From assembly GCF_009914755.1 (NCBI RefSeq), contig NC_060932.1: a DNA stretch of 64,000 nucleotides; one strand, 5' to 3'. This stretch comes from the human T2T-CHM13v2.0 reference genome, Homo sapiens. Positions 26,608 through 41,306 of the stretch are shown here, one piece after another (within the stretch, counting starts at the first letter, position 1; each line of letters begins with the position of its first letter). The notes beneath the pieces are model-generated. The model did not search any database. It worked only from the letters and a program-made list of their open reading frames with translations, and was not told where the DNA came from. A program made the position numbers and the translations under genes.

Positions 26608-27904
26608 AGAATAAACTTTTAATGACTCCAGAAAAATAGGATGCCAACTCTCTGATTCCTGTCTACCCAAACACACTGAGGTAATTGCTAGCTAATCGAT
26701 AAAGCAACGAAACTACAAACAGGATGCAAACCCCACTGAGGCAAGGCTTTGTAAATGGAATGAGTGGTCCCATGAATGTATTGTAGCCTTCCTGTAGCCT
26801 GCAGTGACCACCACATCAGGTAAAAAGGAAAGAACACCAAAGCTTGGCCTTTAATACCCTCTAGAAAGTGTCTTCAATATTAGCTGGAGTCTTTCCTTCC
26901 ACTGTGCACTTTTGTGTATCCTACACTTAGTTATCAAGGATACTCATCTTTTGTTTAACATTCCCTTTAATTTCCTGCTACCAGATTCTTTCTTCCCCTT
27001 ATCTGAAGTGGCCCATCCATCAACATGTCTCCTGTCCAGACCTCACTCATTATTTAAGCGCTCCATTTTCTTAGTCAAGAGACTCCTTTTGCTTCTTGGA
27101 AACTCTGCTCTTGTACTACATATATTTTTATATGCATTTTCTCTATTGGCTTATAAATTCCTGGAGGCAAGTGCCATGATTTACACATTTTTAGATTATT
27201 TCCAAGTAGTTATTGTTGAATTTCACAATACAATAAAAACTAGAATGAATGTACCTGTTGATATTTCCTTTGTTAAATTTAAGCATTTGTAGGCTATATT
27301 AATTATTAGACCCCAGGATTACTGATCTATGGAGTAAGCATTTTTAGTGCAGGTTTTTGAACCCTCTCCTTCCCTGAGAATGTTTCTTTTATCCTAATAT
27401 GACTATTAACAACTTGCTTTTTGAAGGACACCGAAGATTTGATGTAGGAATTCAAAGTGATCTCTCTGATAGTAACAGAAAACCTGATTCTGTTATTAGA
27501 CATAGATGACACTCTTTGAAGAAGTTAAAGCTTAGCTCCTCAAAGACTTTAAGTCACATCAGATTTGAAAAAGGAAACAGTGGAGAAGAGCTCCTGTGTG
27601 CTGTCAGAAGAGCCCCAGATGGGGGTTCGGGAGAATGAGGGGCTTCCTCTTTCCCTCAATAACTGGGCTGTATGAGTTGGGTTATGCCAGACAACACCTG
27701 AAAAATGAGTGGTTTAGGTTATATGAGCTTGAAGACACCATGAGTCTTAAGAAATCATGCTGTGAGTACATTTCTTGGAGAAAAAATACTGTAATGAAAA
27801 TAAAACAGCAGGCTGGGATAAAAATCTTGAACTATTGGAAAAGGTAATTATGAAGAAATAATAATTTTTCTCCCAAAGCTTGGCCTTAGGAAAATTACGG
27901 CTAA

Positions 27905-28228
<324 letters not shown>

Positions 28229-28836
28229 CTAATTTAATTTTAATTCTCTCTCTTTCTTCCCTCCCCTCAGTTATTTATCCTAGTTTCAATTCCAAGGGCA
28301 TTACTTTCAGATTTCTGGACTGATTACAATGGAGTTATTTAAAAAAGCAGTTTAAGGTATTGCTCTTCCTTTAGAACTCTTTGTAGAAGGCACAAGAATC
28401 CTGGCAAGTTTTCAAGGCGTAAAGAGATTCTAGTGTTGGGATTTGTAGGAATTCTCCCAGGTGATGAAGCCCTCAGAAGTTTTCCCACTTCCCCCACCCA
28501 AATCTCCTGAGAGAGTTGAACAATTAGGATAAATCACTGGTTCTCATTATTAGACATAGATGTCTATGATTAAGATTTCAATCATACACCTGAGGAACTT
28601 GGCTCTTGGTTAAAAACCAATGGTGATTTTCTTTTTTGAAGCTTGACTGTCAGCAATTACAAAGGTTTTCCCTGGCAGGCTCTTAGGAGAAGCTGCTCTC
28701 CCCACACCAGACTCAGTGCACAACCAGTGTATTCTAATGTCTGCAGGGAGCTGCACTCAAGCCCTCAGGCCCCTCTGGCAGGTCATGCTCTTCCCTATTT
28801 GCATTCCTGGCGCTGGCACCTTCATTCCTGAGGTTT

Positions 28837-28979
28837 CCCAGGCTGGATTGTAGTGTTGTCATCACGGCTCACCGCAGCTTCAAACTCCTGGGCTTAAGTG
28901 ATCCTCTCGCCTCAGCCTTCAGAATCGCTGGGACCGCAGGTGCATGCCACCACACCAAGCTAGCTTAAAAACAAAATTT
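28837..28979 (-). mobile_element. Alu right-arm fragment, apparently copied from the Alu at 27950-28093
   Basis: No tail and no left arm; shares private variants and the linker with the upstream Alu. Confidence 0.8.
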
Positions 28980-30617
28980 GAGGCCTTAGGCAGGGGGCTT
29001 CTTCATGCTCCTCTGCTGAGGCCTCCCTGTGCACGGAGGAAGGGGAAGTCTTGAAGACCCAGTCCATGTCCGCTCCTAGCCCTCCCTCTTTGCCCTCCTC
29101 CCCCCACCTCAGAGTCCATGCAGCTGTTTGGGGCTCCCTCAACAGTGAGACACCCCCGCAGTGTGTGTCGATTCATCTGACCCACTGTCAGTGTGCTGTT
29201 CTCTGGGGGAAGATGGAATAAAGGGAGTTGGTACAGGTTTCTCAGGTTTTAGCCTCTTATAAGCGATTGCAGTAAGTGATTGAAGGTTTAATCCTTTCAC
29301 TTTTGGCTTGTTGCTTTAATCGGCTCCTCTAACACCTGGAGGCTCAGCTCTCTCTCCCTGCTCAGCTGAGCTCCTACCAGCACCTCTGCTTTCCAAACAA
29401 CTGAAATATTTGAGCTCAGGTCAGTTTCCCAGAGCACGTGGAATGAAAATGTTTCAATAATCAACACACGACAGGGCCTAGCAACCAGCCGAGGATGACA
29501 GGAACTCAACCGCCTTTCAGTCCAGTCGCTTATATCTGAGCATGAAGCTCCCTGTCTGTCACAAAGGTTCTGCACTGCACATTCCATGACCATGAAGACT
29601 TATTGCATGAGCATCAATTTTCCCTACAGCCTAACGCAATACCCAGTATGTAATTAGATGTTAATATATATTAATTTAAAAGCAATCATGATATGTCAAG
29701 TAATTAGTGAATATGTTGCACAAACATTTTTATCAGGTTGTTACTCTTTCTGTCTCATTGGGGCAATTAACAAAATAAATCCACAATAATATTCATATAA
29801 GATGAATTAGAATATAATTATTTGGAAAGTTTAGATTATTAAGGAAAATAATTCAAAGCAATATATTCTTAGAAACACACGTAGGCTAGCAGTTATCTGG
29901 GAATATATATGTTACTAGAGTTCTTCGGTTTTTAAGAATGCTGAGGTCCCCAAATTGACCCAGTTATCCTGTCTGAGCTAAATACACATTCACTTTTGCT
30001 TCCTAGTTCTGGGTGTTGAGGTTGCAATTGACTTTCTCTTCTCTTGACCAAGATTTACTTGAAATAAACCTAGAGGTGGTTTCCAAAACCATAGTATGAT
30101 TTTGTGAGGGATTGCAGTATGGGGATGAAATATGTATGTTTTACAAAGTATAAATCTTTGGGCAGAATGAAATTCAGATTTTTGTTTGTGGATTCAGGGA
30201 AATTGTAGCAGGCTAGGTTGGTGCTTATTGGATTCTGAAAACATTTGATTTAACTGGATGAAGAAAATGCACACAATATCCACTTGTCTATCTAACAGAA
30301 AAATAGAAGGTCATTGATTTAGGGTCCTGCTCCAAAGAGAGAGCCCACTCTGGCAAGTGCACTTCAAGACCATTTGTAAATATGCTAAACAATAAGACAA
30401 AATTTCAAAGTATCATGATTACATGTTCTAGAGACATTTAGAACATCATCATTTTTCTAAGGAATGTCCCTACATACAAAATAAAGTCACTTTATACAAA
30501 ATGAAATGACTTCTCCTCAAACTGCCTAGTAAAAGTAGCCAACAATAGTGTAGGTGACACCCCCAAATAATCCAAAGGTTATTTTAGATGCTCAACTGAT
30601 TTATTTTCCTAATCATG

Positions 30618-31524
<907 letters not shown>

Positions 31525-31769
31525 CCTTAATCATGTTTAATATCATTTGATGCCCGATAAAAATTCAGTACATTTTCCTAGTGTTCAAGTTTCATTTAAT
31601 AATCATTTCATTAAAAAACCCAACATTTATAGTATGCAAAGTAATATTAAAAAAGGATTGTCAGATTTTGAAGGAAAAGACCCACTGAAATACAGCCCCA
31701 AATGTCATTCACAGCTGCTGAAAGTAAATTATATAATCTTCTGGGGAGTAATTTGGCATTATGAATGAA

Positions 31770-32180
31770 AAATTATATAATGTATATTTTTCAATACTGC
31801 AATTCCCATTCTAGAAATTTACCATAAAGAAATAATGTTGTATGCACAAAGATATGTATACCAAGAATATTTAACACAGTCTGGTTTATACTACCGAAGA
31901 AATGGAGCCAAATGAAATGTTCAGCAACAGTCTTGGTAGCATAAATGAGCAGTCCTCAAAAGTGATGATGCAGATCTATGTATTTTTAGAACATATTACT
32001 AAGTAGAAAGTAGTTCCAAAACAAAATGTATGGTATAAAACAATTTTCTAAGTTAAAAAGTGGTTTATTCACCTGTAGTAAAAAGCTGGCAGGCTGTGAA
32101 TTAATTTTCAGTTGTGGTCATGTTTAGATGGTGGAATTATGCGTGATTGTTTTACTCATCTGTATCTTCTATTGTTTTCC
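31770..32180 (+). mobile_element. L1ME-type 3' fragment
   Basis: gcaattcccattctagaaatttacc..tgcacaaagatatgtataccaagaatattt. Confidence 0.6.
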
Positions 32181-32451
32181 CATAAGGAACATAAATTCCT
32201 TATCTACTCCAGGTATTATTCCTATAAGGAGTTAGGAAATAATTTCACCAATATTTTTTAGACAAAAGAGTCTTATGATTATGTAAAACATGCCACATTA
32301 GAAGAATTTTATTTAACGGACATTTCTATAGCACTTACTATGTTCCAGACAGTGTTTCTCTGCCATTTTTCCTGCCCATTCTCCCTTTCCTTCTTCCTTT
32401 CTCTTTTCCCTCCCTTCCTTAATTTATTCCCCTCCCTTTCCTCCTTTATAT

Positions 32452-33120
32452 CATTTTTTATTGTGGTAAAATGTAGCATTTTTGGTGTATAGGTCTATGA
32501 ATTTTGTTAAATACATATAATAGTATGGCATCACTACAGTCAATACACAGAACAGTTTCATCCCTCCACCCTCCCAATTCCTTTAAGTCCTTTTGTAGTA
32601 AACACCTGTTATCCTAGCCCTGGGAAACCACTGATCTCTTTTCTCCTCTTGTTTTACTTTTTCCAGAATGTTATATAATTGCAGTTATATAGTATGTAAC
32701 CTTCAGAGTCTAGCTTCTTTTATTTAGCATAATGCACTTGAAATTTATTCACGTTAAGTGTATCAAGAGCTTGTTCCTTTTTATTGCTGAACAGTATTCA
32801 ATTATATGGATATAGCACAGTTTGTTTATCCATCATCAGCTGAAGGACATTTGGGTTATGTTCAGTGTTTTGTAATAATGCATAAAGTAGCTTGAATATT
32901 TGCATACGGGTTCTTATGTGAACATTGTTTTCATTTCTCCTTGGGTAAATACCTAGGAGTGAAATTGCTGGATCATATTGTTAGTATGTCTTTAACTTTA
33001 TAAGAAACTGCCAAAGTGTTTTCCAAAGGCGCTGTAACATTTTGCATTCTTGCCAGTAATATATGAGAGTTTCAGTTGCTCTGTCTCCTTGACAACATTT
33101 GGCATTGTCATTTTTCTAAA
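32452..33120 (-). mobile_element. L1M (MB/MC-type) 3' fragment, inserted in a MIR (32300-32355, 33140-33320)
   Basis: ttattgctgaacagtattc..ttgggtaaatacctaggagtgaaattgctggatcata..aagaaactgccaaagtgttttccaaa. Confidence 0.8.
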
Positions 33121-34237
33121 TGTAGCAGCTTCTATTTTAAATATTTACAAATATTAATTCATTTAACTCTGTGAGATAAATAGTATTACTATCTCAATTT
33201 TATTAATGAAAAAATTGATATGGACATCAGGCTCCTCTCTCAAATTCACACAGTCTGTAAGTGGAGAGCTGAATTGGTACCCAGACAACCTAAGGCCAGA
33301 ATATATGTTCTTAATATACTATACTATACCTCTCTTTCTGTCAATACGGGAAAGAAAGGCTTGCTATAATTCCAGTGAAAACTTGAAAGTTCATCATTTC
33401 TACTCTTGGAAAGTTGGCTAAAATTTATTGAGTTTTAAATTAATTTGCCAAACATGTACAGTGTGGCTCCATCTAGAACTATTCCTGTCAGCTAATTAAA
33501 GGATGTCAGTAGGCCGGCTCCTGAGAGATCTTTCAGAATACTGTAACTTGTTGGGTTCCCTGCGGTTCAGAGTCTTGCTCTCAGCCCTGCAAACCTAGAA
33601 ATGTAATCCTTTTGCTATCCAAGAAATGACTGAACTCAGTCATGCTGGAGGACATAAGAGATAAAGTTCACAAGACAATGATATGTTAAACAAAATGGAA
33701 ATTTATTAATTTATTGCGAGAAATATAATGACCAAAGGGAACAAATATTCATTTATATTTGACAGCACATCTTCCTGTAGAAAAACTGCATGGGAGCCAA
33801 ATTATAATCAGAAGGTTCCTAGGTATGCCTAGAAACATAACTGGGAGAGTTCTCTGATTTTAATAGCCTGAAGCCTTTAAACACTCAATCATAAAACTAA
33901 GTCCTGGAAGTTTGTGCCTGAAATATCCTTATTTGTTCCTTCCCACAGTATGATTTAGTCTGCCTAGGGGCCACAGAGAATGATGAAGTGTCTGCCTTTC
34001 CGCTGCTCTAGCTCTGATCAACCCAACTTCTCACTGATGTCTTTGTTTCTTAGACATGGATCTTCTAATTACAATCAATTCATATTCATCTTCAATAACC
34101 CAATATTTGTTGATCATCTATCGTGTGCCAAGACTGTTCTATGAGTATGGGATAGAGCTAATTTCAGGAATCATTTTGTCTTTTTAAAATTTTGAAGTAT
34201 CTCTTCTTGTCTTTTTTTGGATCCATTTTATGTTGAG

Positions 34238-34344
34238 ATATATATATATATGTATATATATGTATGTATGTATATATATGTATGTATGTGTATATATATG
34301 TATATATATATGTATGTATGTGTGTGTGTGTGTATATATATATA
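34238..34344. repeat. (TA/TG)n compound microsatellite
   Basis: Direct inspection. Confidence 0.95.
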
Positions 34345-35019
34345 AAATCTCTAAGGAGAAACTCATTTATGAGGTCTTGATGGTCACCTCACTGTGGTTC
34401 CCATGTACTGACTTAGAACATGTATTTTTGAATTTGTATGATTATTATTAATTTTTGTCTTTCTACACAACCCCTAGTTTCAACTCTAACCAATGTGTGA
34501 ATATTTTAAAAGTCTAGGTCCTTTGTACAACACATTTGGTCTTCTGAGCTGAATCCATGAATTTCAATTGTCTAAATGTCACTGTCTGGACATTTTGCTA
34601 GCTTCTCAAACTCAATGACTCACATCAAACCTGCCATTTTCTTCTAACAAACCAGCTTTTATTTTTTAAAAAATCTGCATTTAAAATTGTGTTTTAAATG
34701 AACGCAATCAGCATCGTCCAGCCATTCCATATTTTAATTCTGTTCCCATTTTTCCTGCACCCCATGTCATGTCAATGAGTTGACAAATTGGATGAAAAGC
34801 ATTTTGTAAACCAAACCCTTTCTTTCATTTGGCTGCTTATTTTCAATATGTCCAACCAACTAGTGACATATATCATTAGACACTGAAACTGGTGTGTGTT
34901 GTACTGCAAGGTTCTTGAGCAGTAGATCATTCTTTTTTCTTGCTGTTGTCTCAGGGAACTTCTCTGGGCTCTTTCTGTTTGCAATTTTGGGTCCCAACCA
35001 CATCCTGCCTCAACACCAC

Positions 35020-35338
35020 TTGCAATGGACTGAATCAAAGTGTCTGTGTTAAAATCCTAACCCTTAAGATGATGGTATTAGGAGGTGGGGCCTTTGGGGG
35101 GTGATTGGTGCCCTATAAAATAGGTCCTAGAAAGATCCCTTGCCTCTTCCACCATGTGAGGAAACTGCCAAAAGATGGATATCTATGAATAGGAAGCAGG
35201 TCCTCACCAGACACTGAATCTGTTGGTGATTTGATCTTGAACTTCCCAGTCTTTAGAATTGTGGGAAATAAATTTCTGTTGTTTATAAACCACCCAGTCT
35301 GTGGCATTTTGTTATAGCGGCCTGAACAGTCTGAGACA
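35020..35338 (+). mobile_element. MLT1A/B MaLR LTR inside an L2 remnant
   Basis: tgcaatggactgaat..ggtattaggaggtggggcctttgg..cctcaccagacactgaatctg..ctgagaca. Confidence 0.85.
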
Positions 35339-35651
35339 GAGAGCCCAGAGCTTTGGTTTTGTGTGCTGTTTCTTTCTTTGGTCGAATATTTCCTTTAGAC
35401 CTTTTTCTGAGCTGCCATGTATCTATGCTTCTCTTCCTGTTGCCCCAAGTTAGCCCTACTTCATTCCTACCCTTCCTACCACTCTCCCCTTCTATGTTTT
35501 TCTTCTTTTTTCATCAGGAATCCAGCCCCATTTGACCTCCTTTTCCCCTGCTTTCCTCATTTACCATTCCCTTCCATCCTGTCTTATTCCTTCTATTCTC
35601 TGCCTGCCTTGGGTGGAGACTGAAACAATGCCCTCACTCCCTTGGTCAAAA

Positions 35652-36105
35652 TGAAACCAGCCCATAGATGACAGTTTTTGAGACAAATAAAAATTGATCC
35701 TCCTGGTCTTAAAGCTTGAAATTTACATTTGTCTTATCTGAGTTCCCTCTTAGGAAACTGACTCTCAGGCCTCCCAGATGGTATTAAGGAAGTGAAACTC
35801 ATCTTCCTTACCTCTCCCTAATTCCTGTTTTACCAACTGACTGCCTGCTTTCTGTTGACCAGCTCCTCTTTCTTACCATCCTAATCCCTAATCCCTGCTT
35901 TCTCACACATACTACATTCCTTCTCTGCTATGTAAACCCCCAATTTTAGATGGTTTGAGAGATGCGTTTGAGATTGATCTCCCATCTTTTTGGCTGAAGC
36001 ACTTGAATAAAGCCTTCTTCTTTGGCAATACTTGTTGTCTCTGTGATGGGGTTTCTGTGCAGTGAGCAATGGGACCTAGACCAAATGGCTGGTGTTTTGG
36101 TATCA
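35652..36105 (+). mobile_element. ERV1 solo LTR (LTR26-like)
   Basis: tgaaaccagccca ... aataaagccttcttc ... tttggtatca; flanked by aaaa on both sides. Confidence 0.75.
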
Positions 36106-37997
36106 AAAACATTCAATATCTCTCAATGAAAGAAAACATTTCTCATTCACATTTATGAGGCACTTCAACCATATTAGCCAAGTTTGTACTTTCAGGCTTA
36201 ATTTTTATTATTTTCCTACAAAGAGCCTCGTTCCATTTAAAATAGGGGTCCTTCTTTTTTCCTAGTATTCCCTAACATGTCCGCATCCCTTTTCCCAAAC
36301 TTCAATTCATACTGATTGCTAAACTTATGAAGTTATTTTATTTCTCCTAATTGATGGAAGTCCTACTCCTTATGCAAATTCATGTTTTCTTTAAGTCTTT
36401 TCTATTACCCTTGATCAGAAAAGTATCCTCTGCAGCCTTCAAATTAGGAAAGAACTTTGTTTTTAGGTCAATTTTACTATACTTAAAAGTTATTTGTATA
36501 CATTTTTCCCACTCTGCCAGATTATACATTTAATGAAGTTTCAAGCATATTAGTTTTCAAATACTCAACCATGGACTAGTGGGTACTTTACCATTCGAGG
36601 AGCTTAATGACATAAATCTACTGTGTGAAAGAATGAGAAGATGAGTCACTGCAGCCTTAAACACGATTTCATTTGTTCTCCATTCATGTCATCATCTACT
36701 ATGTAATTTTCTTCTTAAACCAGAGACATGTAGATTTCAGGCAAAGCCTGTACTTTGTTCTCTTCTGACCCCTTAAAGCCTTCATTATGCCCCACAGACC
36801 TAGGGTGCCCATCTTTCCTTGAATTTCTCCTTTTCTGGATCTAGTTATACGTGTGCAGGCTGCAGCCCTCCACTGTCCACTGGCTATGTGGGAATTTCCT
36901 GATACAATAATCTGACCTGAAATGTCACCAAGGCAGGTTTGGGCTGGCTTCCAGCCCAATGCAAACAGCAGGGATAAACAGCAGTGTTCTGCTCAACACT
37001 TCACCAGTTAAGCTGTCATTAAAAGGGAAACACCTGCTACCCAGAGAGTCTTTATATTTTACTTTACCACAGGGGTCTTCTCTGGACTTGTCAACTGATT
37101 GCTTTGGGGCTAAGCTGGAAAAAAATACATTATCTCCCCATGTAACTATCAAGTAAGGAAAGAAGTTTCCTCTGTGTGATTAGACCCATCCACAAAACAG
37201 GCCCATGGAGAGTCTAGAAGAACATGCTATACCTTAGAAAAGGAGAAATACACTATGTTTGCTGTTATATGGAAGAAGAGAACAGGAGCATACAAAATCA
37301 TTGTGCAGTTAGAATCCTGCAGTCAGTTGGAGTCTCTGTTCCACAGCAGCTTCCTCTGTAATTCCAAAATTATTTGTTACAGAATAAAAGATAGCAACAT
37401 AAGGTGCTAGATCTGCAATCTTTTGAATTAGTATAGCTTGGGAGGTAGGAGGCACAAAGGTTAAAGTCCTAATTCTACATATTATTGCTTTACTTTGGGC
37501 AAAAGTTTTAACTTTCTCAAGACTGCTTTATCAGTATAATGTGGTGGTGAGGCCAAGTAATCTTAGAATTTACCTATTTAATTCCAGTAGTCTAAGACTC
37601 TGTGACTAGTTAATGCTTCTTGACTCTGTACTTAAGCAACTTAAAGTGCGAATTGGTAGCATTTTATAAGGCAGTGCGTTTTCTCAAGATTTACAGTGAA
37701 ATCTCTGTGGTTTGTGCTTACAGAGGGGGCAGTGAATAGTTTGAATTATGGGATACTTTTTCAGAAATGCCATCTTTATTACTTTCAAATGGGTGCAGTA
37801 AATATGCTAGGCTAACAAAACGTTGCCAGGATATTTTGCCAAATATAGATCTTTTTGTGAACATATCAGAATGATATGTAATTAACTTTTATTGTTTATA
37901 CATCAGTGTGAGCTTTTAAAGTGCTTAAAAAGAGTTTGTTGCCTTAAATGGTTTTGTGAGTACCTTCGTTGCCAGACTTTTATTTACACGATGCCCT

Positions 37998-38470
37998 ATA
38001 AGATGGTTAATTTTATGTGTCAACTTGACCAGGCTAGGGGATGGCCAGACGGCAGTGAAAACATTATTTCTGGGTGTATCTGTGAGGGTGTTTCTGGAAA
38101 AGATGAGCATTTGAATTGGTAGACTGAGTAAAGAAAATGGCCCTCAGCAATGTGGGTGGGCATCATCTAACCTGTTAAAGGGCCTGAATAGAACAAAAAG
38201 GCAGAGGAAGGGCGAGTTTACTCTATCTGTTTGAGCTGGGCATCTGTCTTCTTCTGCCCTTGGACATCAGCATTCCTGGTTCTCAGGCTTTGGGACTTGC
38301 ATTGAATTTCACCATTGGCTTTCTTATTTCTCCATCTTGCAGGTGGCAGATAATGGAATTTTTCAGCCTCCATAGCTGTGTGAACTAGTTCCTATAATAA
38401 ATCTCCCTTTATATATAACATATATCTATATCCTGTTAGTCTGTTTCTCTGCAGAACTCTGACTCATTCA
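37998..38470 (+). mobile_element. MLT2 (ERVL) solo LTR
   Basis: gatggttaattttatgtgtcaacttgac..ggtagactgagtaaagaa..ctgtttctctgcagaactctgact. Confidence 0.88.
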
Positions 38471-39867
38471 TTCTATGTAAAATTTGTTGGTTAAAAGGTA
38501 AAACTTACATTTTCTTATTATTAAAACTTCAAGATAAGTGATGTTTAGGATGTTTTGAATGATGATGAGTTGGGATTACAACATAGCTCTGGATACACAC
38601 TTCTTTCATGTAAGCATTCATTACTAAGCCTTGAAACCACGAAGTCTTTGCAAGCTTTGTCTTCATAGTTACGCCATTGTTTCAGAAGTTTTGCTTCCTC
38701 ATTTTGTTCTAGCTTGAGGTACAAGTTGATGCTGAAAAATAAAAGAGATTCTTTGAGGTTCAAGCTCTTTGACTCAGTGTGCCATTGGCTATCTCTCCTG
38801 CTCCCACCCTCTTACCCTTTGTCCTACATGTCCTAGTACCTAGTAGAACCTTAGACCCCTTCTTGTCTTACTGCCCCATAGGACCTGCCAACTCCAAGGC
38901 TCCTAAGTACAGTTCAGGAAATACCAGTTCCTATGGGGTAAAGCATTGCAGTTTAGGAAATGATAACTGATGGTCACTGACAACCAGGGTTACCATCAAA
39001 GTCTTTAAATTCTTTATTAAGTCAGTAACTGTTGAATACCTACCATGAATAAGCTATAGGGGTTGTACAAAGATGAATAAGATACAGCCCCAGTCTCAGG
39101 AAACTTGTTTGCAACTTGGTAGAGGAGGCTAATTTCATCATAATTGTATCTCTAATTTCTAGGAGAATGGATTTTTTTTTTTTTGTCCTCAGGCTTTAAT
39201 ACCCACAGAACTATGCAGAAAGTATCACCTTCACAGCACTGGTGTGGTCACCTTTTTCATTATGCTTACACTATGCCGAGGGAGAAGATGACCTCAATAC
39301 ATTATTACTTGGCTTAATTGCAGCTTCCATAAAACAAATAATACACAAAATTATTTGAAACCACAAAGCAGCCTAATGACATATTGAAAATCCCAGATCA
39401 AGTGAATAGGGAGAAAGAATATGGAATTTTTTTCAAAACAAAAATTAAACTGAATTTTTGGGGGTAGGTTGGGGTGGGTGAGGATTTTGGCCTAGGTCAT
39501 CAGCATGAACTGATAGAACATGTGAAGGCAGAAAAAACAATGAACTAGGATCTTTCTACCATCCTCCATCAAGACGGAATCTTTGCTGACCTTTCCATAT
39601 TACTTCACTGCTTCTAATAGTGTTGGAAAGTAATAGCACAAAAGCTTGCTTTATCTGGTGATGGAGAAGCAAAGCCAGACTTTCTCTTTGTGTGGTGTGA
39701 CCCAAGATACCTCAAGGCTAAGATGACTTCCAATAGTTCTTTCCCTTAACCCACAGCAACCAAAATTCCCACCATTAGAATTTTTATGTAGGTGCTTTCT
39801 AGAGATGTGTACTCTGTGGATAGATCAAGATCTTATTATTTATTTAGAAGTCTAATGTCTTGGGTAA

Positions 39868-40241
39868 TGTCTTAGTCTGTTTTCCACTGCTGTAACAGAA
39901 TACTTGAGAGTGGGTAATTTATAATAAAACAGAAACTTATTGGTCAAGGTTCCAGAGGGTGGGAGGTCCAAGACCAAAAGCTGCATCTGGTGAGGGCCTT
40001 CTTGCTGTGTCATCCCATGATGGAAGGGCAAAGAGAGGGCATGAAAACATGAAAGGACTAAACTTGCTTTTATAACAAACTTACTCTTGCAATAAAGAAC
40101 TTATTCCTGCAGCAATGACATTAATCTATCAATGAGGTCAAAGCCCTCATGGTCTAATCACCTCTTAAAGGTCCAGTCTATCAATATTGTTGCATTGGAG
40201 ACTGTTTCCAACACATGCTTTATTGGAACTTCCAGATAGCA
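39868..40241 (-). mobile_element. MST/MLT1A MaLR LTR
   Basis: tgtcttagtctgtttt..gggtaatttataa..gccctcatggtctaatcacctcttaaagg. Confidence 0.85.
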
Positions 40242-41248
40242 GGGCTTTGGTGATCGGAGAGTCCATTAAGGATCACTTTGATCTAAGGGAGAGATATGAG
40301 CTGGCAAAAAATAATAAGAAAGTGATATGGTTTAATGAATGAAGTGTGGATGGCAGAGAAAGGAGAGAAAAACAAACTAGAGCTGCTCTAAAATCTCAGT
40401 GACTTTAGAAAAATGTGTCAAAGGCTTTGGCCATTGAGAGGTGGAAGGTCTCTGCCTTCTCTCTTCTTTACCTGTTTCTTATCAATATGTATGGCTGATA
40501 TTACTTAGCATTAAATGGTAACATGTTTTTTCATGCTTGCTTGTGGGATGGGAGCTGATGGTTTTGCTATGAGCCAAACCAGGCAGCAAGAGACACTTCA
40601 CTGGGATGGGTTAAATCCATGGATTTAATATATCATTGAAATGGGTACCAGATTATGTAGGTTCTTGGCCTGGCTCTGCTGGGAATTACTGTGTGGCCCT
40701 AGGCAAGTTTGTTTTTCTTTCTAGAGACCCATTTTCTTTAACCACACAATGGCCAGGACTGGTGGAGAGAGGGACCATATAGGAGTAGCTGCCTCAATTC
40801 TAATGGAAGCTTATACCCTATTTCATAAAAGCAGAAAATGCTGTGGTATCTGAGAACTGGATCTTATATTTACCAGTATCTCAGAAATAAAATTCAATTT
40901 CAGCAAGAGATGGTTCTAAACACTCACATGCTACTTGGGGGAATCTAATGCACGTAAAAGCTGAGTACAAGGCTGCAAATCCCCTTCCAAGCCTTCTTCA
41001 CCTGCTGAGTCATCTTCCAAAGTCTGGATATGTCGCTCTTGGGATATGTCCAGCTTGCCTTGAGCTAGGCAGCAGGCATCTAGTCAGGGTAGAAGCTTGG
41101 ATTTTAATATAACAACTGGAGCCAATTTACAGAAGCAATATGATTTTCTAAATTATTGGAATTAGCTAGTCAAGCCTGGGAGTTACAATCACTCACAGGC
41201 TCACAAACCCTAATAACATCTGGCAAACTCCAACAGGGGCAGAAAGAA

Positions 41249-41260
41249 ACACACACACAT

Positions 41261-41303
<43 letters not shown>
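41249..41303. repeat. (CA)n microsatellite
   Basis: Direct inspection. Confidence 0.95.
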
Positions 41304-41306
<3 letters not shown>

